The notes beneath the pieces are model-generated. The model was not told where the DNA came from. It saw only the letters and a program-made list of their open reading frames with translations, and did no database searches. Made by a program: the position numbers and the translations under genes. Positions 1 through 9,235 of a stretch of DNA of 64,000 nucleotides are shown piece by piece (position 1 is the first letter of the stretch; the number at the start of each line of letters is the position of its first letter). The stretch is from an uncultured delta proteobacterium (GTDB lineage Bacteria; Bdellovibrionota; FAC87; UBA2466), in assembly GCA_963778115.1 (NCBI GenBank), contig CAVZSV010000004.1, positions 1,152,001-1,216,000 on the forward strand, given 5' to 3'.

Positions 1-166
1 CTACGCATAGCTATCCGGGAGGATATTCCTACACCTACGGAGGAGGCACTGTTTATAACCAACCGCAAACGACATCGCTAAATCAGTTCGAGCCGATGCT
101 GTTAGTGCAGATTGGATATTCGTTTATTTGGTAATGGGATGGAATCGATTCGAGAGGTACGTATCT

Positions 167-1123
167 ATGTCTATCAAAACGAGAATAATAATTGTCCTAA
201 GTGCGTTAAGTTTCCTGGTGACCTCGGCATTCGCAGAAGATGATAATCAATACGCCGCTTCGCCCGAGAGAGTTCAGATTATTTCTATCGGGGGTAAATC
301 CCTTTCGACACACCCTTCGGTCATTAATGTATTGCCAGGAGAACAGATTTCATTCGGTGCCGATATTCTTCAATCTGGAAACGCTTGCTACAACCCTGAC
401 GGGTGTCGTGAAGGAAAAGCCGCTGAAGAATTTATTTGGACCGCGGACAATCGAGAAGACAACGAATGTGCGGCACGTCATCCTAACAGCTGCGGCCGAA
501 GTAATTTCCAGACGGATGGAAACGAAATCGTATTCCATATTCCCGCCTCCATGGGACGAGAGATCACTATCAAAGTGACTCATGAGACCTTATCCCTGCA
601 AGATACGATCGTATTACACAATAGTAACTACCCGGACGTCGCAACCGATGATGTTTCCCCGTACGTTCACTACGACACTTACGACTCACACAATTTTTAC
701 ACTCTCGCTCCGACAGATATCCACGAGCCCTATTGGTATCCTTATTACCCGTACGATAGCTGGTGGGGTTCGGGACCGTACCCTTATTACCCCTATGCTT
801 ATTGGTGGGGCCCCTATCCTTATTATCGAGTCGGGTGGTGGGGCTGGGGAGGACCCGGATGGTCGGTTGGATTTGCTTTCTATGGGGGAGGATGGGGTTG
901 GGGGTGGGGACGTCCCTATCGAGGTTGGACCTATGCGGGTTCTTACCATCCCGGATTCTACGGCTATTACCGCTCCAGTTGGTCCCACCCCACTGTCGCT
1001 AGATACGGTGCTCCGGTCTACCGCTCGATGCCAGCACGTCCGATGGGTTATGGTTATGGTGGTGGCTACCGGAGTGGCGGCGGCTATTGGGGAGGTCGAG
1101 GCGGCGGACGCCGCTGGCGGTAG
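167..1123 (+). CDS. Secreted hypothetical protein with Cys-containing N-terminal domain and Tyr/Trp/Gly/Pro-rich low-complexity tail
   Basis: ATG at 167 with GAGAGG upstream gives signal peptide MSIKTRIIIVLSALSFLVTSAFA; C-terminal third consists of PYYPY/WWG/GGGY repeats ending RGGGRRWR. Confidence 0.75.
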   Translation: MSIKTRIIIVLSALSFLVTSAFAEDDNQYAASPERVQIISIGGKSLSTHPSVINVLPGEQISFGADILQSGNACYNPDGCREGKAAEEFIWTADNREDNECAARHPNSCGRSNFQTDGNEIVFHIPASMGREITIKVTHETLSLQDTIVLHNSNYPDVATDDVSPYVHYDTYDSHNFYTLAPTDIHEPYWYPYYPYDSWWGSGPYPYYPYAYWWGPYPYYRVGWWGWGGPGWSVGFAFYGGGWGWGWGRPYRGWTYAGSYHPGFYGYYRSSWSHPTVARYGAPVYRSMPARPMGYGYGGGYRSGGGYWGGRGGGRRWR

Positions 1124-1166
1124 GATTTCGCCTTCTAATAACGGCGTCCAGGCGTTACCCTAGAGT

Positions 1167-3314
1167 ATGCCGAAATGGATGCCGAAATTGTTGTTGCTAG
1201 TGGTGATCACCGCTATCACTGTCGCCTTCTTTGCCTTCGATCTGAAACAATTTCTTTCTTTGGAGCAGCTGAAAAATAGCCAAGTCGCCTTTCAAGCGTA
1301 CTACCACGCCCACCCAAGACTCACCCTGCTAGGCTTCTTTGCGCTTTATGTAGCGGTCGCAGCCCTCTCTCTCCCTGGGACTACTTTGCTAACGCTAGCC
1401 GGCGGCGCTCTTTTTGGATTAGAGGTCGGGATGGTAGTCATATCTTTCGCGAGCTCGGTAGGAGCTACCGCGGCCTTTTTAGTCTCTCGCTATCTGATGA
1501 GAGACTATGTGCAATCCACCTTCGCAGACAAATTACGATCCGCCAACGAAGGGATTAGACAAGACGGAGCGTTTTACCTTTTTAGCCTTAGAATTATTCC
1601 TCTGTTTCCTTTTTTCATGGTGAACGTGGTAATGGGGCTAACACCCCTCTCTCCCCTTACGTTTTACTGGGTGAGCCAATTAGGAATGCTTCCTGGGACT
1701 TTCGTTTACGTAAACGCAGGGACTCAAATCAGCCATATCTCTTCGGTAAGCGCAATACTATCCATGAAACTTCTTTTCTCCTTTGCTCTCTTAGGTATTT
1801 TCCCCCTGCTCGCCAAAAAGACGCTTGAAAAACTTAAGGGGCGAAAGGGCACAAGAAAATATTCGCGCCCCCGTTCTTATGACTATAATTTGGTGGTAAT
1901 CGGTGCCGGCTCAGCGGGGTTAGTCACCGCTTATATTGCCGTCGCCGTTAAAGCCAAAGTGGCTCTCATCGAAAAAGATAAGATGGGAGGAGACTGTCTT
2001 AATACCGGATGTGTCCCTAGCAAAGCGCTCCTTCGATCGGCCAGGATTCTCTCCTATGCCAAACATCCCAAAGACTTCGGCTTTAAAAGCGGCCACTTCG
2101 AATTTGAATTTGGCGAAGTGATGGAGAGGATCCAACGAGTTATCAACAAAATTGCCCCGCACGATACCGTGGAGAGATATTCACAACTCGGAGTCGACTG
2201 CCTCCAAGGAACGGCAAAGATTACCTCTCCCTTTACGATTGAAGTAGACGGGCGAACGCTAACCACCAAAAGTATCGTTATCGCGACCGGAGCGAAGCCT
2301 ATCGTTCCCTCTTTAGAGGGAATCGAGAAAGTCCACTATCTTACTTCCGAGAGCATTTGGTCTTTGCGAGTTCAGCCCAAGAAGCTAGCTATTTTGGGAG
2401 GCGGCCCACTCGGCTGCGAAATCGCCCAATGTTTCACACGCCTGGGAACCCAAGTGACTCTGGTCCAAAAGGCGAGTCACCTTCTCCCGCGCGAAGACGA
2501 TGAGATTTCAGATTTTATCCAGAGTCGATTTCAGGAAGAAGGAGTCACTACCCTCACCCAGCACTTAGCCACTTCGGTTAGCGTTGAGGGAAATCAGAAA
2601 TTGCTCCTCTGCAAGAATGAGAAGACAGGCCAGGAGCACCGAGTAGAATTCGATGAGTTACTGATCGGTACCGGGAGAAAACCCAATGTGAGTGGGTTTG
2701 GATTGGAGGAGCTAGGAGTAAGGCTAGCGCCCCAAGGAACTATCGAAGTCGACGATTTTCTGCGGACCAATTACCCTAATATCTACGTCTGCGGAGACGT
2801 CGCCGGCCCCTATCAGTTCACCCATTTCGGCGCCCACCAAGCCTGGTACGCCGCCGTGAATGCTCTATTCGCCCCTTGGGTAAATTACAGGGCCGACTAC
2901 CGAGTCATCCCGTGGGTGACCTACACCGATCCTGAGATAGCACGCGTGGGGCTTAACGAAAAAGAGGCCGGTGAGAAAAATATCCCTTATGAGGTAACCC
3001 GCTACTCTTTGGAAGAGCTAGACCGAGCCATTACCGACGAGCAGGCCTATGGAATCATCAAAGTTCTTACGGTTCCGGGGAAAGACAAGATTTTAGGCGT
3101 TACGTCCGTAGGTGCCCATGCCGGCGAATACTTTATAGAGTTCGTTAGCGCGATGAAACACGGTTACGGATTAAGTAAGATCTTGGGAACCATTCATCCG
3201 TATCCTACTCTTGCCGAAGCGAATAAATATGTTGCTGGAGTTTGGAAAAAAAATCATGCACCTCAAAATCTTCTTCGTTGGGCAAAGCGTTTTCACGATT
3301 GGCGTCGACTTTAA
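1167..3314 (+). CDS. DedA/TVP38 (SNARE-associated) membrane domain fused to FAD-dependent pyridine nucleotide-disulfide oxidoreductase (MerA/Lpd-like)
   Basis: N-terminal hydrophobic DedA motifs (SLPG, LRIIPLFPFFMVN); GAGSAG FAD motif, GGDCLNTGCVPSK redox disulfide, GGGPLG NAD(P) motif, HPYPT; no C-terminal CC pair. Confidence 0.9.
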   Translation: MPKWMPKLLLLVVITAITVAFFAFDLKQFLSLEQLKNSQVAFQAYYHAHPRLTLLGFFALYVAVAALSLPGTTLLTLAGGALFGLEVGMVVISFASSVGATAAFLVSRYLMRDYVQSTFADKLRSANEGIRQDGAFYLFSLRIIPLFPFFMVNVVMGLTPLSPLTFYWVSQLGMLPGTFVYVNAGTQISHISSVSAILSMKLLFSFALLGIFPLLAKKTLEKLKGRKGTRKYSRPRSYDYNLVVIGAGSAGLVTAYIAVAVKAKVALIEKDKMGGDCLNTGCVPSKALLRSARILSYAKHPKDFGFKSGHFEFEFGEVMERIQRVINKIAPHDTVERYSQLGVDCLQGTAKITSPFTIEVDGRTLTTKSIVIATGAKPIVPSLEGIEKVHYLTSESIWSLRVQPKKLAILGGGPLGCEIAQCFTRLGTQVTLVQKASHLLPREDDEISDFIQSRFQEEGVTTLTQHLATSVSVEGNQKLLLCKNEKTGQEHRVEFDELLIGTGRKPNVSGFGLEELGVRLAPQGTIEVDDFLRTNYPNIYVCGDVAGPYQFTHFGAHQAWYAAVNALFAPWVNYRADYRVIPWVTYTDPEIARVGLNEKEAGEKNIPYEVTRYSLEELDRAITDEQAYGIIKVLTVPGKDKILGVTSVGAHAGEYFIEFVSAMKHGYGLSKILGTIHPYPTLAEANKYVAGVWKKNHAPQNLLRWAKRFHDWRRL

Positions 3315-4364
3315 TCAACTAAGACTTCCGCTGCAGCTTGACCCAGACCCCGCGGTACAACCGAAACAGTGTTGATTAGTCGCTATGCTTCGTCTTGATA
3401 ACGACTCCGCTGAAAAATCTTTAATATGACGAGAACCGACTGTAGTCACTTTCACATCAAGCATCTGATTAAAGTCACAATCGTAGAGAAAGCCGTCCCA
3501 CGATACGGAAAGCAAACTTCGGCACATGACATTGGATGCCGTCGTTGGATTAAAGCTGTTGAGGAGAAGATCCAGGTAATCCTCGAAATTCCCGTTTTCG
3601 ATCAAAGCGTCGAGAAACCGCGAGATGGGCAAGTTGGTGATGGCTATCAGGTGATTGAACTCAACGCCGTAATGACTTCGAAGCTCCCGTCTGTAGTCAG
3701 CTTCCAGATCGGATTGCGAGCCAGGCAAAAACGCTCCCACCGGGTTATAGACTAAATCCAAGATCAAGGAAGAGCCCTGTTGTCCGTAACCAACTCCATT
3801 TAGCCTCTGCAAAGCAGCAATAGACTTCTCAAAAACGCCGACACCCCGCTGTCTGTCGGTATTTTTTTCTCCGTAACAGGGTAGCGAGCTGATTACATGA
3901 ACACTTTGCTCTGAAAACAATTGGGCCAGATCCTCGTACTGTTTCCCTGCCATAAGAATCGTCAAGTTGCAGCGAACGATGAGATGGCGATCCAACTTTC
4001 GAATCTCTTGTACAAACCAACGAAAGTGGGGATTCATCTCGGGGGCTCCCCCGGTGAGATCAACGGTTGAAATGGCATTGGATCTCAATACGGTGAGACA
4101 CTCTTCCATCGTTTCTCGAGTCATCATTTCCGTTCGATCAGGTCCGGCATCTACGTGACAGTGTTCGCACACCTGGTTACATAACTTTCCCAGGTTTATC
4201 TGAAGCGTTTCTATCCCGGTAGCTCTCAGCGGCAGAAGTCCGCTTTGCGCGAGTTTACTTTGGAATTTCGGGAGACTTCGGACCTTAGGGCTATAGTTAT
4301 TGAGCATTTCGATCTGTCTTTCGGGATTAGAAAGAGCAGATTGTCTACTAAGAAGGGTCTTCAT
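3315..4364 (-). CDS. arsS: Arsenosugar biosynthesis radical SAM protein ArsS (DUF3641)
   Basis: LQINLGKLCNQVCEHCHVDAGP (CX3CX2C), DLTGGAPEMNPHF, MCRSLLSVSWDGFLYDCDFNQML, C-terminal HCFGCTAGSGSSC; adjacent to arsM. Confidence 0.9.
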   Translation of the reverse strand: MKTLLSRQSALSNPERQIEMLNNYSPKVRSLPKFQSKLAQSGLLPLRATGIETLQINLGKLCNQVCEHCHVDAGPDRTEMMTRETMEECLTVLRSNAISTVDLTGGAPEMNPHFRWFVQEIRKLDRHLIVRCNLTILMAGKQYEDLAQLFSEQSVHVISSLPCYGEKNTDRQRGVGVFEKSIAALQRLNGVGYGQQGSSLILDLVYNPVGAFLPGSQSDLEADYRRELRSHYGVEFNHLIAITNLPISRFLDALIENGNFEDYLDLLLNSFNPTTASNVMCRSLLSVSWDGFLYDCDFNQMLDVKVTTVGSRHIKDFSAESLSRRSIATNQHCFGCTAGSGSSCSGSLS

Positions 4365-4409
4365 TTAAGTCTCTAAGCTTCGCCACTTTCGTAGTATGTA
4401 TCCAATACC

Positions 4410-5804
4410 ATGGCGTCGATTTCAATCATAATTCCCTTGGGGCCGGATGAGCCTTTGCCCCTTTCGCTTATCGCGTCGGTAAGCGCCCTACCCGATGCCG
4501 AAATTCTTATAGCCTCTGGCGAAAGAGGCGAAGTTTCTTTGCCAAATGTTCTTACGATCTCCTCGCAATGGGGACGAGCAATCCAACAAAATACCGCGGC
4601 AAATAGTGCTTCTGCCGATTGGCTTTGGTTCCTCCATGCCGACAGTCTTGTCACCCCTGAAGCCCTAAATTGCGTTTCGAACATTTTAGATTCCTCGAAA
4701 CGAAACTTTTATTACTTCCGCTTGGGCTTTGATAACGATGGCCCAAAGACCGTTCACATTAATGAATGGGGGGCCAATTTGCGATCTCGTTGGTTAGGCC
4801 TCCCCTTTGGGGATCAAGGTTTCTTACTGTCCAAACCTTTATGGCGTGGATTAGGAAAATTTAGGCAAGATGTTACCTACGGAGAAGATCATCTTTTGAT
4901 TTGGGCCGCCAAGAGAGCTGGGGTTCCTCTGGTACCGCTTCCCGCCAAATTAACCACTAGTGCCAGAAAGTACCGAAGTCATGGATGGCTTCCGACAACC
5001 CGGTGGTCCGTATCGGCTACCTATCGCCAGGCTTTTGGTGAAGCAAAAGAATATCTAGCTCTTAAGAACCCCGCTCGAGATACCAGAGCGGCGCTAGCGA
5101 TCTTTGTCAAAACTCCAAAGTTTTCTCCTATAAAGACTAGACTTGCTGAGTCCACGTCGCCTGATTTTGCATCGCGCTTTTACGAACTTGCGATCCTAGC
5201 CGCTAACGAATTAGCTACCGCAGCAAAACACTCTGGACATTTTTTCCCTTACTGGTGTGTGGCCGAAAAAGAAGCGCTAAATGACTTGCATTGGAAATCC
5301 TTTCCCGCGATCGCTCAGGGAGAAGGAGGTTTGGGAGATAGGCTTCACACCATCTATCACTTTCTACTCAAAAGGCACTCCAAAGTCTTTCTCATCGGAT
5401 GTGATTGTCCCCATCTCAGTATGAGAGAAATGGCTTCGGCGCTGGATAGCCTTCGGGAAAATTCTTTTGTCGCGGGACCTGCGCGGGACGGCGGATTTTA
5501 TCTTTTCGGAGGGAAAACACCTATCGAAAGGGGAGCCTGGAACTCAGTACCCTATAGCAGCGAAGAGACTCTAAGTCAGTTAAGAGCTTGTCTGACCCCT
5601 TTGGGGGATTGGGGAACCCTGGCCCCTAAGACCGATGTCGATACCGCAAGAGATCTCATTTCTCTCAAGAATGAATTAGCCGATGCTGAACTTTCGCAAA
5701 GCAAAGCGCTAAAACAAATGGAAAAGGAATTACTTCAACAGCAAGCGCCGCTGGAATCTGGTTTTGAGCTTTCTAAAGAAGGCGCACAATTAAGTAATCC
5801 ATAA
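4410..5804 (+). CDS. Fused arsenosugar-associated glycosyltransferases: GT2-like (TIGR04283 type) plus CofC-like/DUF2064 (TIGR04282 type)
   Basis: N-half GRAIQQN..WLWFLHADS..PFGDQG..TTSARKY; C-half IFVKTP..KTRLA..QGEGGLGDRL..IGCDCP..GPARDGGFYL..DVDT. Confidence 0.85.
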   Translation: MASISIIIPLGPDEPLPLSLIASVSALPDAEILIASGERGEVSLPNVLTISSQWGRAIQQNTAANSASADWLWFLHADSLVTPEALNCVSNILDSSKRNFYYFRLGFDNDGPKTVHINEWGANLRSRWLGLPFGDQGFLLSKPLWRGLGKFRQDVTYGEDHLLIWAAKRAGVPLVPLPAKLTTSARKYRSHGWLPTTRWSVSATYRQAFGEAKEYLALKNPARDTRAALAIFVKTPKFSPIKTRLAESTSPDFASRFYELAILAANELATAAKHSGHFFPYWCVAEKEALNDLHWKSFPAIAQGEGGLGDRLHTIYHFLLKRHSKVFLIGCDCPHLSMREMASALDSLRENSFVAGPARDGGFYLFGGKTPIERGAWNSVPYSSEETLSQLRACLTPLGDWGTLAPKTDVDTARDLISLKNELADAELSQSKALKQMEKELLQQQAPLESGFELSKEGAQLSNP

Positions 5805-6775
5805 TGCGTCGAGAGATCACCTACAATTTTAAAATGCGCAGCGTAGCGCGTTTCACTCAACATGAAAGCCGTGTTACTACACACCAGCATCGGCATATGG
5901 GTTCTGAAAAGATGGTGATCGTCTAGAATAAAAGAATGCGGATAGTCAGGTATTGTTCCTAAGTAATAAGCCACCTGACCGTAGTCCTCGCATTTGTCTT
6001 CTAACTGAGGAAGTTTGAACGCTCGAATGGTAAGCGAGGCAAAATCAATCATCCCTATCTTCTCATAAACGAAGCGGTTAGTGAGTTGGATGGGTGATCG
6101 GCTTACTACACGGTAATCCGCTACTCCGACGGCCAATAGATGCCTTCTAAAATCTTCGATATAAAGAGCGCCTGCCAAGCACTCCCCTAGTAATACCGGA
6201 TCACCGGTTAACGCTTCAGACACACGGCGACTCGCGAATACGTCAGAAAAATAGAGCTCTCCCCCGGGCTTTAGGACGCGAAAAGCCTCTTTAAAGACCC
6301 GCCTTTTGTCCGGAGAGAGATTAACGACACAATTGGAAACGATAAGATCAATAGATTCAGATTCGACTCCCGCCGATTGCAGATCCTCTAAGTAACCTTT
6401 CACGAAGTGGACATTAGACTGAGCAAACCCAAAAATGTTCGAATGATAGCCTTGATGGCGGCGAGCCACTTCCAACTGCTCGTCGGTCATATCGATTCCA
6501 ATGACTTTGCCGGAAGGGCCTACTAGCTTTGACAGCAAATAAGTATCCCTTCCCGAACCACAGCCCAAATCAAGGACCGTTTTTCCTTCGAGAAGAGCAG
6601 GAAAGGGAGCTCCACATCCGTAAAACCGCTCCTTAACCTCCGGATGAATCTGATCGGCAATGGATCGAATGGCTAGAGGAAGTGCTTCGGCCGAACAACA
6701 CGCCGTGGTTTTTAGATCTCGTCCAGAACTAAGAATCTTACCGTAATACTCCTTAACGCTTTCTAAGATCTCCAT
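5735..6775 (-). CDS. arsM: Arsenite S-adenosylmethionine methyltransferase (AS3MT/ArsM type)
   Basis: YYGK..DLKTTACC, FYGCG, VLDLGCGSGRD, GIDMT, VSNCVVNLSPDK, LKPGGELYFSDV, GECL, EDKCEDYGQ, terminal GACC. Confidence 0.88.
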   Translation of the reverse strand: MEILESVKEYYGKILSSGRDLKTTACCSAEALPLAIRSIADQIHPEVKERFYGCGAPFPALLEGKTVLDLGCGSGRDTYLLSKLVGPSGKVIGIDMTDEQLEVARRHQGYHSNIFGFAQSNVHFVKGYLEDLQSAGVESESIDLIVSNCVVNLSPDKRRVFKEAFRVLKPGGELYFSDVFASRRVSEALTGDPVLLGECLAGALYIEDFRRHLLAVGVADYRVVSRSPIQLTNRFVYEKIGMIDFASLTIRAFKLPQLEDKCEDYGQVAYYLGTIPDYPHSFILDDHHLFRTHMPMLVCSNTAFMLSETRYAAHFKIVGDLSTHYGLLNCAPSLESSKPDSSGACC

Positions 6776-6786
6776 ACGGGTATCCT

Positions 6787-7632
6787 TTACTGCTGCAAGA
6801 ACTCAAGGATCTTTCTCTTTTCCGGAGATAGACTCTCGGGGCTAGTAACGACGGCATGCTTCAACGCTGTCCGCGACGGGCTCTTTGAAAGATCCACAGG
6901 TTCCGAGAGAACCGAACCTAAAAGTTCAAGCACTCTTCCAATATTACGTTGATAAAAAGCCATAATCTCTGACGAAGAGGCATGTTGGTTCGGATCCTCA
7001 AGCCAACAATCGTAATCGGTAACGATCCCTAGCGTCACGTAGCCCAATTGCGCTTCGAGCGCCAGAAAGGACTCAGGCACATTGGTCATTCCCACCAGAT
7101 CACAACCGGATTGCCGCAAGAAATGGCTTTCCGCTTTGGTTCCCAATCGTGGACCCTCGACAGTGGCGTAAACCAAGTCGTCTCTCAGCTCAACTCCGTT
7201 TTTTCGCGCGCATTGTTTAATGTGCGCCCTTAATACCGGACAGGAGGGTTGGGCCGTGGAAACGTGAGCGACCATGCCGTCCCCAAAAAAGCTAGACGCT
7301 CGACGCCCGCGAGTCCAATCGAAATATTGCGAGACTAGGCCCATATCTCCAGGGCGCAGGGCCTCACGAAGACTACCCGTTGCCGAGAGGCTGATAATCC
7401 CTAGAACCCCCGAGGCCTTCAATGCCCAAATGTTAGCGCGATAGTTAATCTCGCTAGGCAGCAAAGAATGCGAAGTTCCATGCCTAGCCAAAAAACGCAC
7501 TTCTTGATTGCCCCAACGGCCATAGATCACAGCTGACGAAGGCTCCCCAAAAGGGGTATCGCATTTCTTCTCCCCTAAAATCGTAAGTCCTTCTAAACGA
7601 TAAAGACCAGTTCCGCCAATAATTCCAAGCAT
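6787..7632 (-). CDS. mtnP: S-methyl-5'-thioadenosine phosphorylase family nucleoside phosphorylase
   Basis: GIIGGTGLY, TPFGEPS, FLARHG..H, NYRANIWALK, EGPRLGTKAES, GMTNVPE, VTDYDCW; RBS AAGAGG. Confidence 0.88.
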   Translation of the reverse strand: MLGIIGGTGLYRLEGLTILGEKKCDTPFGEPSSAVIYGRWGNQEVRFLARHGTSHSLLPSEINYRANIWALKASGVLGIISLSATGSLREALRPGDMGLVSQYFDWTRGRRASSFFGDGMVAHVSTAQPSCPVLRAHIKQCARKNGVELRDDLVYATVEGPRLGTKAESHFLRQSGCDLVGMTNVPESFLALEAQLGYVTLGIVTDYDCWLEDPNQHASSSEIMAFYQRNIGRVLELLGSVLSEPVDLSKSPSRTALKHAVVTSPESLSPEKRKILEFLQQ

Positions 7633-7733
7633 GGTTAACCTCTTAGGGGCCGATTCTGGTTTAAGACTTTACGGAAGTACAGCACGTTTTGCATCGTCGA
7701 CAGAAAGTAGATTCTATGACATCAGTGGAGAAA

Positions 7734-8945
7734 ATGTTGAACCCCTACCGAGAATTAAAGAACTTCCCCCTCCCTTTGTGGATTCTGTTTCTCGCGACAC
7801 TGATGAATCGGATGGGGACGATGGTTGTGCCCTTTCTGGCCATCTATCTGACCCGTCGAAGGGGCTTTTCGGTGGAAGAGGCGGGATTTATCCTAGGATG
7901 TTACGGTGTTGGGGCCCTCGTTGCGGGCTTAGTGGGGAGCTGGTTGTGTGACAGGCTGGGAACAGTGCGAGTCATGGTATTTTCGCTCTTTGTCTCCTCG
8001 GCCATCATGTTCGCGTTCCCCTTGGCCGAAAGCGCTCTGGCCATTGAAGGCCTTACGATCCTGCTGTCACTTTTTAATGAAATTTTTCGTCCGGCCAGCA
8101 TGATTCTCACCGGGCTTTACGCAACCCCTAGTACCAGGAAGTCCGCTTTCGCCTTAAATCGACTCGCTATCAATATCGGTATGAGTATCGGACCCGCGAT
8201 GGGAGGACTGCTCGCCGAACTCTCCTTTTTTTGGATATTTCTCGTGGATGGAATCACGACACTTTGCGCTGCCTTCGTGATGATGATCTTCTCCAGTCGT
8301 CTGCGAGAAATCGAGACGAAAAATCGCAGGCATCCCGAACAAAAAGTCAGTGCCCCCCTGCTAACCACTCTTGGAAGTGCCATTAAAGACTCTCGCCTCC
8401 GGTTTTTCCTAATTCCGGTGATACTGATTCTCATCGTTTACGAACAACACGAGTCCACCCTGCCTATCTTCTTAGTCAGAGACTTGGGGCTTAAGCCTTC
8501 TACCTATGGACTTACCTTTACTCTCAATACCTTGATGGTCATCTTTCTTGAGTTCCCCATTAATGCATCAACGTCTCATTGGTCGACGGCGAAGACCCTG
8601 TTTCTGGGATCGTTATTTTTTGCGTTTGGCTTTGGAATCTTAATCTTCGCTCCCCATTTTTGGGGAGTGATCACAGGGGTGGCAATGTGGACTTTCGGAG
8701 AGATGATCCTATTTTCGGCGGCAGGCGCGTATGTCGCCAATATTTCACCTCAAGGCAGTGAAGGGGCTTACATGGGAATTTATAGTAGCAGCATGGGACT
8801 GGCCTTTATTTTAGCCCCGTGGTTGGGTTCTTTCGTCCTCGAACAGTGGGGAGCCCAGTGGTTGTGGGGATGGTGCTTTGTGCTGGCAATGGGGGCGGGA
8901 GTGCTATTTGCGAGGGCGAGGAAAGAAAATGTGAGTGTGGCTTAA
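7734..8945 (+). CDS. MFS transporter (drug/metabolite efflux type)
   Basis: About 12 hydrophobic segments, GSWLCDRLG motif A variant, NIGMSIGPAMGG; start taken at ATG 7734 after GGAG. Confidence 0.85.
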   Translation: MLNPYRELKNFPLPLWILFLATLMNRMGTMVVPFLAIYLTRRRGFSVEEAGFILGCYGVGALVAGLVGSWLCDRLGTVRVMVFSLFVSSAIMFAFPLAESALAIEGLTILLSLFNEIFRPASMILTGLYATPSTRKSAFALNRLAINIGMSIGPAMGGLLAELSFFWIFLVDGITTLCAAFVMMIFSSRLREIETKNRRHPEQKVSAPLLTTLGSAIKDSRLRFFLIPVILILIVYEQHESTLPIFLVRDLGLKPSTYGLTFTLNTLMVIFLEFPINASTSHWSTAKTLFLGSLFFAFGFGILIFAPHFWGVITGVAMWTFGEMILFSAAGAYVANISPQGSEGAYMGIYSSSMGLAFILAPWLGSFVLEQWGAQWLWGWCFVLAMGAGVLFARARKENVSVA

Positions 8946-9083
8946 GAACTTGAGACGGAGTTACCTTTAGATTTTCTGTCATGGCGAGAAGCGAAGCGAC
9001 TCTGCAAAAATCCCTCTTGCTAGTTTTTCTTATTTTCTCTATCCTAGATCTCAGTAACGTCTCTCCACTAAGGAGGCCTGCAT

Positions 9084-9140
9084 ATGGAAAATTTAATCTC
9101 GGGAAGCCAGGACCTCTTCTGCGTCACCGCAAACTACTAG
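9084..9140 (+). promoter_or_regulatory. Putative leader peptide (uORF, MENLISGSQDLFCVTANY) of a translational attenuator upstream of rsgA
   Basis: TAAGGAGG at 9069-9076, ATG at 9084, TAG at 9138-9140; downstream TGGTTCTCCC (9144-9153) is complementary to the rsgA RBS region. Confidence 0.55.
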
Positions 9141-9235
9141 TTCTGGTTCTCCCAATATCACTTTCTAAACTTTTTTAAATTCAGTCCGTGGGCACCGGTG
9201 CGTTTTCGCACCTCGGCTCCGGCTAAGGGAGAACC

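Noticed and set aside
582..1163. 193-aa alternative-frame ORF overlapping the first gene
   Set aside because: Likely a by-product of the G-rich low-complexity coding sequence; no RBS or recognisable motif.
1167..3314. Mercuric reductase merA / mer operon
   Set aside because: No C-terminal Cys-Cys pair, no NmerA domain and no merR/T/P nearby.
3315..3340. Selenocysteine readthrough in ArsS
   Set aside because: The position that is Sec in some homologues is a normal Cys (GSSC); the TGA is terminal and abuts the convergent gene.
8981..9178. 65-aa ORF upstream of rsgA
   Set aside because: No SD sequence; the 18-codon uORF in another frame has a perfect SD and explains the region better.
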